From contig DASRTK010000058.1 of assembly GCA_035655975.1 (NCBI GenBank), forward strand, positions 2,245 through 66,244: DNA of 64,000 bases, read 5' to 3'. Below the pieces are notes generated by a model. It ran no database searches and was not told the DNA's origin. It was given only the letters and a program-made list of their open reading frames with translations. Below, in pieces: positions 29,167 through 41,215 of this stretch. Source of the stretch: Rudaea sp. GTDB lineage: Bacteria > Pseudomonadota > Gammaproteobacteria > Xanthomonadales > Rhodanobacteraceae. A program made the translations under genes and the position numbers. Position 1 is the stretch's first letter, and each line of letters opens with the position of its first letter.

Positions 29167-29721
29167 ATGAAAATAATCGGCACATCGATTGCCGCAACCC
29201 TGCTGCTAATTGGTCTGGCACAAGCCCAGGACAATCGTGTCCCGGACAATCGCGCCCCCGAAAATCGTGGACCGTTGGCTGAAGGCATCCACTACGGCTG
29301 GGCCGACGTACTGCGTGTCGATCCGGTCTACGACGAGCAGGGCCAGCCCGCCGCGTCGCACGAGGAATGCTACGACGAGCAGGTGCCGGAACAGGGACCC
29401 GATAATCGTGCCGGTGCTACCGTCCTCGGCGCAGTCATCGGCGGCGTGGTTGGCAGCACGATCGGCAAGGGCAATGGCCGTACTGCAGCGACCGTGGCCG
29501 GCGCCACGGCCGGCGCGGTCGTTGGAAACAACGCCGGTCAGCCGGCTTCCGGCTACAGGGTCGAACGGCATTGCCGCCAGGTCGCGGGAAGTGGCGGAGA
29601 GCGCCACGTCACGGGATATGACGTCGAATACCGCTACCGCGGGGAGTTGTACAACGCGCGCATGAGCTACGATCCGGGCGACCGGATTCGCGTCCGCGTC
29701 AGCGTGACGCCGGCCGAGTAG
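29167..29721 (+). CDS. Glycine-zipper 2TM (YcfJ-like) exported protein
   Basis: Signal peptide, GAVIGGVVG.TIG.G.G..AAT.AGA zipper, GYDVEYRY...YDPG. Confidence 0.85.
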   Translation: MKIIGTSIAATLLLIGLAQAQDNRVPDNRAPENRGPLAEGIHYGWADVLRVDPVYDEQGQPAASHEECYDEQVPEQGPDNRAGATVLGAVIGGVVGSTIGKGNGRTAATVAGATAGAVVGNNAGQPASGYRVERHCRQVAGSGGERHVTGYDVEYRYRGELYNARMSYDPGDRIRVRVSVTPAE

Positions 29722-29806
29722 TTCCTCCCACCGCGCCGTTGTTGCATCGCGCAAAACTTCCATGTCATGATCGCGGCCCTGAGCGTTACCGTATGTTGAG
29801 TGACCG

Positions 29807-29911
29807 ATGACGAAGCGCGTGTACCAGATTGATGTCCTGACCAGCGCCCGCATGGCGGCTGGCATGACTTCGCGCGCGCGTCGACCGAAAGCCTGCACTT
29901 CAGCCGGGTAG
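29807..29911 (+). CDS. Candidate arg-operon leader peptide (34 aa)
   Basis: MTKRVYQIDVLTSARMAAGMTSRARRPKACTSAG*; Arg cluster CGC-GCG-CGT-CGA; precedes a terminator-like hairpin; alternative ATGs at 29852 and 29864. Confidence 0.5.
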   Translation: MTKRVYQIDVLTSARMAAGMTSRARRPKACTSAG

Positions 29912-29943
29912 CTCTCGCGCGTAATACCAGCGTGTTTTGCTCT

Positions 29944-29975
29944 GAACCCGGCCCCGCGCCGGGTTCTTCGTTTCT
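29944..29975 (+). terminator. Intrinsic terminator-like hairpin in the arg leader
   Basis: GAACCCGGC-cccgc-GCCGGGTTC followed by TTCGTTTCT. Confidence 0.65.
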
Positions 29976-30052
29976 ACGACGCGGGATCCTTCCCGCGAAA
30001 GAAGTAAAGAACAACCGGCGTCCATGCCGGACATTTCAAGAGAGCGTGTTCC

Positions 30053-31153
30053 ATGACTATTCGCCATTTCTTGAGTACCCAGGACTGGAGCCGCGCGGAG
30101 CTCGATGCGCTGCTCCTACGCGCCGCCGCGTTCAAGCGTTACAGCCGCGGCCGCGAGTTGGCGGGCAAGTCGATCGCGCTGCTGTTCTTCAATCCGTCGA
30201 TGCGCACGCGCACGAGCTTCGAGCTCGGCGCGTTCCAGCTCGGTGGGCACGCGGTCGTGCTCCAACCCGGCAAGGATGCCTGGCCGATCGAATTCGACGT
30301 CGGCACGGTCATGGACGGCGAGGCCGAGGAGCACATCGCCGAAGTCGCGCGCGTGCTGTCGCGTTACGTCGACCTGATCGGCGTGCGTGCATTTCCGAAG
30401 TTCAAGGACTGGTCGGTCGACCGCGAGGACCGCGTGATCCAGGCGTTCGCGAAGTACGCCAGCGTGCCGGTCATCAACATGGAAACGATCACCCACCCGT
30501 GCCAGGAACTGGCGCATATCCAGGCGCTGCAGGAGCACTTCGCGAAGGCTGTTTCCACGCCGAATCCCGGGCCGGTACTGCGCGGCAAGAAGTACGTGCT
30601 GACCTGGACATACCATCCCAAGCCCCTGAACACCGCCGTGGCAAATTCCGCGCTGCAGATCGCGACGCGTTTTGGCATGGATGTCACGCTGTTGTGCCCG
30701 ACACCCGAGTACGTGCTCGACCAACGCTACATGGATTTCGCGCGCCAGAACGTGGCGGAGAACGGCGGTTCGCTGACGATCAGCCATGACGTCGAAAGCG
30801 CCTATCGCGGCGCGCACGTCGTGTACGCCAAGAGCTGGGGCGCGCTGCCGTATTTCGGCAACTGGGAACAGGAAAAGCCGATTCGCGAAAAGTATAAACA
30901 TTTCATCGTGGACGAAGCAAAAATGGCGCTGACCGACAACGGCGTGTTCAGCCACTGCCTGCCGCTGCGCCGTAACGTCAAGGCGACCGATGCGGTCATG
31001 GACTCGCCGGCCTGCATCGCGATCGACGAGGCCGAGAACCGGTTGCATGTGCAGAAGGCGATCATGGCGACGCTGGTGCAGAGCAGGGGCGAGGGACGAG
31101 AGAGCAGGGACGAGGGGCGAGGGGCGAGGGGCGAGGGAACAGCAGCTGTATAG
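30053..31153 (+). CDS. argF: N-acetylornithine carbamoyltransferase (ArgF')
   Basis: [29 protein letters not shown] typical of AOTCase. Confidence 0.93.
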   Translation: MTIRHFLSTQDWSRAELDALLLRAAAFKRYSRGRELAGKSIALLFFNPSMRTRTSFELGAFQLGGHAVVLQPGKDAWPIEFDVGTVMDGEAEEHIAEVARVLSRYVDLIGVRAFPKFKDWSVDREDRVIQAFAKYASVPVINMETITHPCQELAHIQALQEHFAKAVSTPNPGPVLRGKKYVLTWTYHPKPLNTAVANSALQIATRFGMDVTLLCPTPEYVLDQRYMDFARQNVAENGGSLTISHDVESAYRGAHVVYAKSWGALPYFGNWEQEKPIREKYKHFIVDEAKMALTDNGVFSHCLPLRRNVKATDAVMDSPACIAIDEAENRLHVQKAIMATLVQSRGEGRESRDEGRGARGEGTAAV

Positions 31154-31252
31154 ACCGCCTTGTCGCATTCGAAACCATACCAAAGCATCCAGGAATAAGT
31201 TTATGTCGTCAGCAACAGACCCTCGTCCCTCGCCCCACGTCCCTCGCCCCTC
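31084..31252. repeat. Inverted pair of heptamer tandem repeats embedded in the argF' 3' end and argG 5' end
   Basis: (GAGGGGC/GAGGGAC)n at 31084-31137 and complementary (CCCTCGT/CCCTCGC)n at 31220-31252. Confidence 0.7.
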
Positions 31253-32447
31253 GGCGAAGCCGATCGTGCTTGCCTTCTCCGGCGGCCTCGACACGAGCTT
31301 CTGCATTCCGTACTTGAACGAGCGCGGCTACGCGGTGCACACGGTGTTCGCCGATACTGGCGGCGTCGACGCCGAAGAGCGGGCCTACATCGAGGCGCGT
31401 GCGCACGAACTCGGCGCGGCGAGTCATGTCACGGTCGACGGCGGGCCGGCGATCTGGTCCGGCTTCGTGCGGCCATTCGTCTGGGCGGGCGAGGGATATC
31501 AAGGTCAATATCCGCTGCTCGTTTCGGATCGCTATCTGATCGTCGACGCCGCGATCGCGCGCGCGCAGGAACTCGGTACGCGCGTCATCGCGCACGGTTG
31601 CACCGGCATGGGCAACGACCAGGTGCGCTTCGATCTGGCGGTCAAGGCGCTCGGCGACTACGAGATCGTCGCACCGATCCGCGAAGTGCAGAAGGAGCAC
31701 ACCGAGGTGCGCGCGTACGAGCAGCGCTATCTCGAGGCCCTCGGCTTCGACGTCCGGGCAAAGCAGAAGAGCTATACGATCAACGAAAACCTGCTCGGGC
31801 TGACGATGTCCGGTGGCGAGATCGATCGTTGGGAAGCGCCCGGCGACGGTGCGCGCGGCTGGTGTGCGCCGCGCAAGGACTGGCCGGAACAGGCGCTCGA
31901 GGCGACGATCACTTTCCGCCATGGCGAAGCCGTTGCCCTGAATGGCAAGCCGATGGCCGGCCACGAACTGCTTGCGCTACTCAACCGTGACTTCGCGCGC
32001 TATGGGGTCGGCCGCGGTCTCTACACCGGCGATACGACGATCGGGCTGAAGGGCCGCATAATCTATGAAGCACCCGGTTTGATCGCGCTGCTGGGCGCAC
32101 ACCGCGCGCTCGAAGAAGCCGTGCTGACCAAACAGCAAAACCGGTTCAAGCCTGATGTCGCGCGCAAATGGGTCGAACTCGTCTACGAAGGGTTCTATCA
32201 CGACCCGTTGAAGACCGACCTGGAGGCATTCCTGGCGTCGTCGCAGGCAACCGTGAACGGCGAAGTCGTGCTGCGCACGAGCGGTGGCAACGTCGAAGCC
32301 ATCGCGGTGAGGTCGCCGCACCTGCTCACGGCCAAGGGAGCGACCTATGCGCAGTCCGCTGACTGGGGTGTCGCCGAGGCGGAAGGGTTTATTCGCCTGT
32401 ACGGCATGAGCTCGACGCTGTGGGCGCAGGTGAATCGAAAATCTTGA
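31203..32447 (+). CDS. argG: Argininosuccinate synthase
   Basis: [32 protein letters not shown]. Confidence 0.95.
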   Translation: MSSATDPRPSPHVPRPSAKPIVLAFSGGLDTSFCIPYLNERGYAVHTVFADTGGVDAEERAYIEARAHELGAASHVTVDGGPAIWSGFVRPFVWAGEGYQGQYPLLVSDRYLIVDAAIARAQELGTRVIAHGCTGMGNDQVRFDLAVKALGDYEIVAPIREVQKEHTEVRAYEQRYLEALGFDVRAKQKSYTINENLLGLTMSGGEIDRWEAPGDGARGWCAPRKDWPEQALEATITFRHGEAVALNGKPMAGHELLALLNRDFARYGVGRGLYTGDTTIGLKGRIIYEAPGLIALLGAHRALEEAVLTKQQNRFKPDVARKWVELVYEGFYHDPLKTDLEAFLASSQATVNGEVVLRTSGGNVEAIAVRSPHLLTAKGATYAQSADWGVAEAEGFIRLYGMSSTLWAQVNRKS

Positions 32448-32475
32448 AGAGCCAAAGACTCAATCTCTTGATGTT

Positions 32476-33576
32476 ATGACCAACCTCCTAGCCATAACGC
32501 TTGATCATCTCCGTGCGCTTGTGTCCCACGATACGCAGAATCCGCCGCGTACGATCAGCACCGACGGCATCTTTGAGTACGTGCGCTCCCAGTTGCACGG
32601 ATTCCACTGGTCGATTACGGATCACGGTGGCGGCGCCGTGAGCATATTTGCCGTGCGCGGGACGCCACGAATCCTGTTCAACGTGCATCTGGACACGGTG
32701 CCCGCCGGGCCGACGTGGACGCGCGATCCTTTCGACCTGCTGGTCACGGATCAGCGCGCAATCGGCCTCGGCGCTTGCGACATCAAGGGCGCTGCGGCGG
32801 CGCTGCTTGCGGCAGCGGCGCATACGAGCGGCGACATGGCGCTGCTGTTCACGAGCGACGAGGAAGCCAACGACGCGCGCTGCGTGTCGTCTTTCCTCGC
32901 GCAGAAGCGGCCGTTCGACAGCATCATCGTCGCCGAACCGACCCGCTGCGAGGCAGTGCTCGCGCACCGGGGCATCAGCTCGGTGCGCGTAGCGTTCGCC
33001 GGCCGCGCCGGGCACGCGTCTGCCAGCAGCGCGACGGCCAACAGCGCGGTGCATCAAGCCATGCGCTGGGGCGCGCGCGCTCTCGATCTCGTCGACAGCC
33101 AGGCGCACGAACGTTTCGGTGGGCTGACCGGGCTGCGCTTCAATGTCGGCCGGATAGAAGGAGGCATCAAGGCCAACGTGATCGCTCCGGCGGCCGAGGC
33201 GCGCTTCGGTTTCCGGCCGCTGCCGTCGATGGATACCGACGCGTTGCTGGCGAAGTTCCGCGACTGCGCCGATCCGGCTCCCGCCGAGTTCGTCGAAACC
33301 TTTCGCGGCCCGTCCCTTCCGGCCGGCGACATTGCGCAGGCCGAGGAAAAACGGCTGGCCGCGCGCGACCTGGCCGAGGAACTGGGCATCGCGATCGGCA
33401 ACGCGGTCGATTTCTGGACCGAGGCCTCCCTGTTCTCCGTGGCCGGGTACAACGCGTTCGTTTGCGGTCCCGGCGACATCGCCCAGGCGCACAGCGCCGA
33501 CGAGTTCGTGGAATTGTCCCAATTGCAGCAAATTACTGAAAGTTACATCCGGATCGTCGACCATGCAGGCGCATAA
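32476..33576 (+). CDS. argE: Acetylornithine/acetylcitrulline deacetylase (M20)
   Basis: [29 protein letters not shown]; operon position. Confidence 0.9.
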   Translation: MTNLLAITLDHLRALVSHDTQNPPRTISTDGIFEYVRSQLHGFHWSITDHGGGAVSIFAVRGTPRILFNVHLDTVPAGPTWTRDPFDLLVTDQRAIGLGACDIKGAAAALLAAAAHTSGDMALLFTSDEEANDARCVSSFLAQKRPFDSIIVAEPTRCEAVLAHRGISSVRVAFAGRAGHASASSATANSAVHQAMRWGARALDLVDSQAHERFGGLTGLRFNVGRIEGGIKANVIAPAAEARFGFRPLPSMDTDALLAKFRDCADPAPAEFVETFRGPSLPAGDIAQAEEKRLAARDLAEELGIAIGNAVDFWTEASLFSVAGYNAFVCGPGDIAQAHSADEFVELSQLQQITESYIRIVDHAGA

Positions 33577-34885
33577 ACAGCTTCGTTCCACCATCGTGCG
33601 CCTGCTGTCGAACATGGGCAGCGCGAAGGAAATCCAGCAATACCTCAAGCGCTTCTCGCAGCTCGATGCGGCGCGCTTTGCCGTCGTCAAGGTCGGCGGT
33701 GCGGTGCTGCGCGACGACCTGGACAACCTGGTTTCCTCGCTCGCGTTCCTGCAGCAGGTCGGACTCACGCCGATCGTGATCCATGGCGCCGGGCCGCAGC
33801 TCGACGCGGAACTTGCCGCGGCGGGGATCGAAAAGCGCCTGGTCGACGGCCTGCGCGTGACATCGCCGGAAGCGCTGTCGACTGTGCGCCGCGTCAGCCA
33901 GGCCGAGAACTTGCGCCTGGTCGAAGCGCTGCAGAACATCGACGCCCGTGCTACCTCGATCGTCGGCGGCGTATTCGAGGCCGAGTTTCTCGACCGGGAA
34001 AAGTTCGGCCTCGTCGGCAGGGTTGCGAAAGTCAACCTCGCGCCGATCGAAGCGAGCCTGAAGGCAAGCTCGATTCCGGTTATCGCGAGCCTCGGCGAGA
34101 CCGTGGGCGGGCAGATCCTGAACGTCAACGCGGACTTTGCCGCGAACGAACTCGTGCATGTGCTGCAGCCGTACAAGATCATCTTCCTGACCGGGACCGG
34201 CGGCCTGCTCGACGGTGACGGCAAGCTGATCGACTCGATCAACCTGTCGACGGAATACGAGCACCTGATGGCGCAGCCGTGGATCAATGGCGGCATGCGC
34301 CTGAAGATCGAGCAGATCAAGGACCTGCTCGACAAGCTGCCGCTGACCTCGTCGATTTCAATTACGCGGCCGTCGGACCTGGCCAACGAACTGTTCACGC
34401 ATCGCGGCTCCGGCACGCTCGTGCGCCGCGGCGAGCGCGTGCTGGCATTCGACTCGTGGGACGGGCTCGATATTGCGCGGCTGCGCACGCTGATCGAATC
34501 GAGTTTCGGCCGCACGCTGGCCGGGGATTATTTCGAGCGCACGCAACTGATGCGCGCCTACGTCAGCGAGAACTATCGTGCTGCCGTCATCCTGCTCGAC
34601 GATGACGGTTATACCTATCTCGACAAATTCGCCGTCCTCGACGATGCGCAAGGCGAAGGTCTCGGCCGCGCGGTCTGGCAGGTCATGCGCGACGCACATC
34701 CGCGCCTGTTCTGGCGATCGCGCCACCACAACGTGATCAACATCTTCTACTACGCCGAATCCGATGGCTGTTACAAGGAGCCTGCCTGGAAGGTGTTCTG
34801 GTACGGAATGCGCGACCTGGCCGACGTCGAGCGCTGCATCGAACGCAGCCGCGTCCGGCCCGCGACCCTGGCTGATCCGGCATGA
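33563..34885 (+). CDS. argB: Bifunctional-type acetylglutamate kinase / N-acetylglutamate synthase (AAK + NAT domains)
   Basis: VVKVGGA, HGAGPQ, NVNAD; C-terminal YLDKFAV...GEGLG...LFWRSR. Confidence 0.9.
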   Translation: MQAHKQLRSTIVRLLSNMGSAKEIQQYLKRFSQLDAARFAVVKVGGAVLRDDLDNLVSSLAFLQQVGLTPIVIHGAGPQLDAELAAAGIEKRLVDGLRVTSPEALSTVRRVSQAENLRLVEALQNIDARATSIVGGVFEAEFLDREKFGLVGRVAKVNLAPIEASLKASSIPVIASLGETVGGQILNVNADFAANELVHVLQPYKIIFLTGTGGLLDGDGKLIDSINLSTEYEHLMAQPWINGGMRLKIEQIKDLLDKLPLTSSISITRPSDLANELFTHRGSGTLVRRGERVLAFDSWDGLDIARLRTLIESSFGRTLAGDYFERTQLMRAYVSENYRAAVILLDDDGYTYLDKFAVLDDAQGEGLGRAVWQVMRDAHPRLFWRSRHHNVINIFYYAESDGCYKEPAWKVFWYGMRDLADVERCIERSRVRPATLADPA

Positions 34886-35832
34886 GCGAGCGCAAGGCCA
34901 TCGGCATCGTTGGCGCGCGCGGCCATACTGGGGCGGAGTTGATCCGCCTGATCGCCCGCCATCCGCAACTGGAACTTGCCTTCGTTTCTTCGCGCGAACT
35001 CGCCGGCCAGCGGGTTGCCGGCCAGATCCAGGAGTTCTCCGGCGAACTGTGCTACGAAAGCCTCGATGCGGACGCGGTCGCGTCGAAAGGCGCCGACGCC
35101 GTGGTCCTGGCACTGCCGAACGGCAAGGCGGCGCCGTATGTCGCTTCGCTCGAAGCGGCAAAGTCCGATACCGTCATCGTCGACCTCTCTGCCGACTACC
35201 GTTTCGACGACGGTTGGTATTACGGCCTGCCGGAACTGTATCGCGGCAACTACCGCGGCCAGCGCCACATCAGCAACCCGGGCTGCTACGCGACCGCGAT
35301 GCAGCTGGCTATCGCGCCAATGAAAGACCTGCTGGCCGCGCCGCCGGCATGTTTCGGCGTGTCGGGCTATTCCGGCGCCGGCACGACGCCGTCGGACAAG
35401 AACGATCCGGAAAAGCTGCGCGACAACCTGATTCCGTACTCGCTGGTCGACCACACGCATGAGCGTGAAGTGACGCGCCATCTCGGTTTTCCGGTCGAAT
35501 TCATGCCGCACGTCGCGCCGCATTTTCGCGGCATCACGTTGACCGCGAACCTGTGGCTGCGCGAGAGGTCGACGGTCGAGGCAATCAAGGCTCGCTATCG
35601 CGAGCGCTATTCCGGAGAGCCGCTCGTACGCGTTGTCGACGATGCGCCATGGGTAAGCCGCATAGCGAACTGTCATCATGTCGAGATCGGCGGATTTGCC
35701 GTGGCACCCGGCAGCAAGCGCGTCGTCGTCGTCGCTACTTTGGACAATCTACTCAAGGGTGCGGCGACGCAGGCGATGCAGAACCTGAATCTCGCGCTGG
35801 GGTTCGACGAGCTTATGGGAATACCAACGTGA
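34882..35832 (+). CDS. argC: N-acetyl-gamma-glutamyl-phosphate reductase
   Basis: [28 protein letters not shown]. Confidence 0.95.
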   Translation: MSERKAIGIVGARGHTGAELIRLIARHPQLELAFVSSRELAGQRVAGQIQEFSGELCYESLDADAVASKGADAVVLALPNGKAAPYVASLEAAKSDTVIVDLSADYRFDDGWYYGLPELYRGNYRGQRHISNPGCYATAMQLAIAPMKDLLAAPPACFGVSGYSGAGTTPSDKNDPEKLRDNLIPYSLVDHTHEREVTRHLGFPVEFMPHVAPHFRGITLTANLWLRERSTVEAIKARYRERYSGEPLVRVVDDAPWVSRIANCHHVEIGGFAVAPGSKRVVVVATLDNLLKGAATQAMQNLNLALGFDELMGIPT

Positions 35833-35852
35833 GCGAAGAATACCAGGCAGTC

Positions 35853-35952
35853 GTCATTCCCGCGAAAGCGGGGCCTTCAACAGCGGAGCTGGTCATCCAT
35901 CTTGATCTTGCATTGAGAAGTGAAAATGGATTCCCGCTTCCGCGGGAATGAC
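35853..35952. repeat. CGTC-tagged REP doublet (family 2, extended-arm variant)
   Basis: GTCATTCCCGCGAAAGCGGGGCCTTCAACAGCGGAGCTGGTCATCC...GGATTCCCGCTTCCGCGGGAATGAC. Confidence 0.9.
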
Positions 35953-35977
35953 GGCAGAGAATGATGAAGGCGGACCA

Positions 35978-37273
35978 ATGAGTGACCTCCTGTGGCAAAA
36001 ACCTGGCGTCGCTGTCGACGCGCGGATCATGCAATTCCTCGCCGGCGACGACGTCGTGCTCGATCGCGAATTTTTCCTCTACGACATCGTCGCCAGCGCA
36101 GCCCACGTCGAAGGCCTCCAGCGAATCGGCATCCTGACTGGTGACGAGGCGACCGCGCTGGAGCGCGAACTCGAACGGCTAGCGTACGATTTTCGCAGCG
36201 GCGCATTCGTGCTCGATGCGCGTTACGAAGATGGCCACAGCGCGATCGAGGCGCGCTTGACCGAGCGGCTCGGCGACGCCGGCCGCAAGGTACATACCGG
36301 GCGCAGTCGCAACGACCAGATCCTCGTTGCAACGCGATTGTGGCTCAAGACCAAGGTTGGCGAACTCGCCGCCGTTTGCCGCGAAATCGCCCGCGTCTGT
36401 CTCGACCGCGCGGCGGACGAGGCGCTGCCGTTGCCGGGTTATTCGCACCTGCAACGCGCGGTCGTTTCCTCCACGGCGATGTGGTTCGCCGGGTTCGCGG
36501 AAGGCTTCATCGACAACGCGCAGCGTGCGCGCGACACGCTGGCGTGGATCGATGCCAACCCGCTTGGCACGGCTGCGGGTTACGGTGTCAATCTGAAGCT
36601 CGATCGCGACCACACGACGCAGGCGCTTGGTTTTGCGCGGCTGCAGGTGTCGCCGGTTTATGCACAGCTGTCGCGCGGAAAATTCGAGATCGCCGCGCTG
36701 GACGCGCTCGGAACGGCCGTGCTCGACCTTCGGCGGCTGGCCTGGGACCTGAGCCTGTTCACGACTGCCGAATTCGGCTTCGTCGCGCTGCCGGCCGAAT
36801 ACACGACCGGCTCGTCGATCATGCCGAACAAGCGCAATCCCGACGTCATCGAACTGATGCGCGCCACCTACGCCAGCGTCGCCGCCGCGCGCACCGAAAT
36901 CGAGCAACTGCTGTCGCTGCCTTCGGGCTATCAGCGCGATCTGCAATTTTCGAAGGGCGGACTGGTGCACGGCTTTGGCCGCGGCCTCGCCGCATTGGAG
37001 TTGCTGCCCGACCTGCTGCGGCGGATGACCTGGAAGGCCGACGCGATGCGTGCCGCGATCGATCCGGCGATGTATGCGACCGATGTGGCGATCGAGCAGG
37101 CGGCGAGCGGAGTTCCCTTTCGCGAAGCTTACAGGCTCGCGGCGCAGTCGATCGACGCCAGTGGCGGAGCACGCACACCCGAGGCCAGCCTCGACGCGCG
37201 CGTTTCGCCCGGCGCTGCGGGCGACCTGCGCCTGGACGAGTTGCGCACGCGTCTTGCAGCGATCGACCCGTAG
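35978..37273 (+). CDS. argH: Argininosuccinate lyase
   Basis: [22 protein letters not shown]; alternative start 35948. Confidence 0.95.
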   Translation: MSDLLWQKPGVAVDARIMQFLAGDDVVLDREFFLYDIVASAAHVEGLQRIGILTGDEATALERELERLAYDFRSGAFVLDARYEDGHSAIEARLTERLGDAGRKVHTGRSRNDQILVATRLWLKTKVGELAAVCREIARVCLDRAADEALPLPGYSHLQRAVVSSTAMWFAGFAEGFIDNAQRARDTLAWIDANPLGTAAGYGVNLKLDRDHTTQALGFARLQVSPVYAQLSRGKFEIAALDALGTAVLDLRRLAWDLSLFTTAEFGFVALPAEYTTGSSIMPNKRNPDVIELMRATYASVAAARTEIEQLLSLPSGYQRDLQFSKGGLVHGFGRGLAALELLPDLLRRMTWKADAMRAAIDPAMYATDVAIEQAASGVPFREAYRLAAQSIDASGGARTPEASLDARVSPGAAGDLRLDELRTRLAAIDP

Positions 37274-37340
37274 GGTGGGCCTCGGCCCACCGCTTTTGTG
37301 TGCGGGCTGGAAAAAGATGGTGGGCCAAGGCCCACCCTAC
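37270..37340. repeat. GTAG-tagged REP doublet (family 1)
   Basis: GTAGGGTGGGCCTCGGCCCACC...GGTGGGCCAAGGCCCACCCTAC; contains the argH stop codon. Confidence 0.9.
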
Positions 37341-37357
37341 GTACGACGGAGAATGTG

Positions 37358-38489
37358 GTGAAGCAGTTCCCGGAACGCCCGCTACCTGGATGGAATCGCG
37401 CTGTTCTGAAGGTCGGCAGCAGCCTGCTGGCTGGCACTTCCGGAGAACTAACCGACCGCAACGCGCGCGCGCTGGCGGATTTCATCGTCGCCTCGCGGGC
37501 TGCCGGCCGCGAAGTCGTTCTCGTGTCGTCGGGCGCCGTCGCTGCCGGACGTGCGCGCATCTCGACCGACGCAGCGAAGGGCAGCCTGGTCTTGCGCCAG
37601 GCTCTTGCTGCGCTCGGCCAGACACGAATGATTGCGTTATGGCAGAGCCTGATCGAGGCGCCGGTCGCGCAGGTGTTGCTGACGCACGACGACTTGCGCA
37701 ATCGCCGCCGCTATCTCAACGCGCGCAACACAGTGCTCGAACTGTTGCGATTAGGCAGCGTGCCAATCATCAACGAAAATGACACGGTAGCGGTCGACGA
37801 GTTGAAGCTCGGCGACAACGACAATCTCGCTGCGACCGTCGCGGCGCTGATCGACGCGGACCTGTTGATGATTGCGAGCGATGTCGACGGCCTGTTCAGC
37901 GCTCATCCCTCGCGCGATCCCGCGGCGCGCCCGGTCGAAGCGGTCGACGCGATCACGGCCGACGTGCTGGCGATGGCCGGCGATGCCGGCAGCGCCCACG
38001 GCACTGGCGGCATGCGAACGAAGCTCGAAGCGGCGCAGAAGGCTTCGAGCGCGGGGATCGTGACGGTCCTGTTCAATGGCAGCGACCAAGGGAGCCTGGG
38101 TCTCCTCGCGCGCGGGTCCTTTCGCGGCACGCAATTCGGCGCGCCGCAGACGCGGCTCGCGGCGCGCAAATACTGGCTGCGCCACGCTCCCGGAACGGGC
38201 GGGACGATTCGCATCGATGCCGGCGCGGCGCGCGCGCTGCTCGGCGGCAAGTCGCTCCTGCCCGGCGGCATCGTCGGCGTCGACGGGGAATTCGCGCGCG
38301 GCGACATCGTCGAACTCGCGCGTGTCGAGGACGATCATGCTTACCCGGTCGCTCGCGGCCTGACCCAGTACAACTCCGGCGAAGTGCGCCGGCTGGCCGG
38401 GCGGCATACGCGCGATATCGAGAGTATTCTGGGCTTCAGCTATGGCGACACGATCGTGCGTCGCGACGATCTGGTGGCGCTGGAGTCCC

Positions 38490-38497
<8 letters not shown>
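37358..38497 (+). CDS. proB: Glutamate 5-kinase
   Basis: VLKVGSS, VSSGAVA, INENDTV, GDND.LA, GTGGM.TK, PUA domain; GTG start after GGAG. Confidence 0.95.
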
Positions 38498-39788
<1,291 letters not shown>

Positions 39789-39811
39789 CGCGCGGGGCCC
39801 TGAATAGAGCC

Positions 39812-39916
39812 GTCATTCCTGCGAAAGCGGGAATCCATTTGCCTTTTGATTGGTAGAGCGAGATCAAGATGGATGACCAGCTCCGCTGTTGAATGCCCCG
39901 CTTTCGCGGGAATGAC
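39812..39916. repeat. CGTC-tagged REP doublet (family 2, extended-arm variant, opposite orientation to 35853)
   Basis: GTCATTCCTGCGAAAGCGGGAATCC...GGATGACCAGCTCCGCTGTTGAATGCCCCGCTTTCGCGGGAATGAC. Confidence 0.9.
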
Positions 39917-39947
39917 GGCCAAGATTGATTGAGTCATTCAGACCTTC

Positions 39948-40532
39948 CTAGGTCTGCTGCAATTGCGTCCAGGGCGTGTGGTGGAACGTGTACTCGCCGA
40001 TCAGACGATCGGATCCGTGTACGACGGCGATGAGTTGCATGCGCATCGTCGATACCGGCAGCGCGCGCAACAGGTCCGCGCCCGGCACGACTACGACTGC
40101 ATTCTCCGAGGCATTGAACGTGACGTGTTCGAGACGTTCGGGCCTCGATCCTTCCGCTGGAAAAACCAGAAGATCGAGCTGGCGCACATCGGCGAGGGGA
40201 GCCTCCAGGCGCGCCACGACGACGTCATCGTCCGGCGCGATCGTGCAGTGAACGCTGCCGTTGCGTGGGACCTTGTATTCGCGCACGCGCAAGCCAGCCT
40301 GCGCCAGACGTTTCGTCAACGCATGCGTGAAGACGCCGCGCAACGCGCCCCGGTGGACCAGCTTGCGGATGCCATCACCAAGATCGACGAGAGCCTGCAG
40401 TTGCCCGGCGCAGCTGCTGCAGCCGAACAGATGCTCGTCGAGCTGCGCTTCGGCGGATTCGTCGAGTTCGCCGAGCCAGTATGCGAGCAGGCTGACCGGC
40501 GGAATCGGCGCGGTGCAATCGAGTCGACTCAT
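39948..40532 (-). CDS. Zinc-finger (HxxxCxxC) anti-sigma-like protein
   Basis: AYWLGEL...EHLFGCSSC; ATGA-coupled to the ECF sigma gene; no obvious TM helix. Confidence 0.75.
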   Translation of the reverse strand: MSRLDCTAPIPPVSLLAYWLGELDESAEAQLDEHLFGCSSCAGQLQALVDLGDGIRKLVHRGALRGVFTHALTKRLAQAGLRVREYKVPRNGSVHCTIAPDDDVVVARLEAPLADVRQLDLLVFPAEGSRPERLEHVTFNASENAVVVVPGADLLRALPVSTMRMQLIAVVHGSDRLIGEYTFHHTPWTQLQQT

Positions 40533-41149
40533 GGCGCCGCCTCGCTCATACCCATGCACTCGCGCAATCGCTCGAGCCCCCGATGGCGGATCACACGAAC
40601 GTTGCCTTCGGAGATGCCGAGATCGATGGCAACGTCCCTGGCCTGGCGGTCGTCGTAGAAGGTCATGACCAGGATCGAGCGTTCGCGTTCGGGCAGGCGC
40701 CCAAGGCAGCGCAGAAGGCATGCGTCGTCGAGGTGCGGTGTGCCGTCGGATTGCTCGCTGCGCAGTTCGTGCGCGAAGGTCACGAGCAGGCGCCCGTGGC
40801 GAGCGTGGGTTCGCTGCAGGTCGAGCACGACCATCCGGCACATGCCAAGGACGTACGAGGCGAGCCGCTCGGGCTCCCTGACGTGTCCTGCGCGCAGGCG
40901 CTCGATCGTCATCAGCAGAACCTGCTGGACCAGATCCGCCGCGGCTTGGGGCTCACGCAAGTGTTTGAGGCCATACAGGCGCACGCGCGGGGCCAGGCGG
41001 CGATAGAGTTCGGCCTCGGCGGCAGCGCCAAGCCCCGGGCGCGCGGCCGCGATCCGGCGCGCCAGATCGGCGTCGTCAGGCTCTGTATCGCAGAACACGG
41101 AGTCATGGGCATCGGATTCCACCCTCGAAGCATAGGCCAGCGTCAACAT
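40529..41149 (-). CDS. ECF sigma-70 factor
   Basis: Region 2 (AADLVQQV) and region 4 (LPERER.IL...ARDVA..LGISEGNVRV..HRGL..LR); start uncertain. Confidence 0.88.
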   Translation of the reverse strand: MLTLAYASRVESDAHDSVFCDTEPDDADLARRIAAARPGLGAAAEAELYRRLAPRVRLYGLKHLREPQAAADLVQQVLLMTIERLRAGHVREPERLASYVLGMCRMVVLDLQRTHARHGRLLVTFAHELRSEQSDGTPHLDDACLLRCLGRLPERERSILVMTFYDDRQARDVAIDLGISEGNVRVIRHRGLERLRECMGMSEAAP

Positions 41150-41152
41150 GAT

Positions 41153-41191
41153 CTGGAAGTGTAACGACGCGCCGACTCGTTACACATACAG
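41153..41191. promoter_or_regulatory. Imperfect 15-bp inverted repeat with TGTAAC on both strands between divergent genes
   Basis: CTGGAAGTGTAACGA-N9-TCGTTACACATACAG. Confidence 0.55.
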
Positions 41192-41215
41192 GCATCCACG
41201 ACGAAGGAGGGTTTC

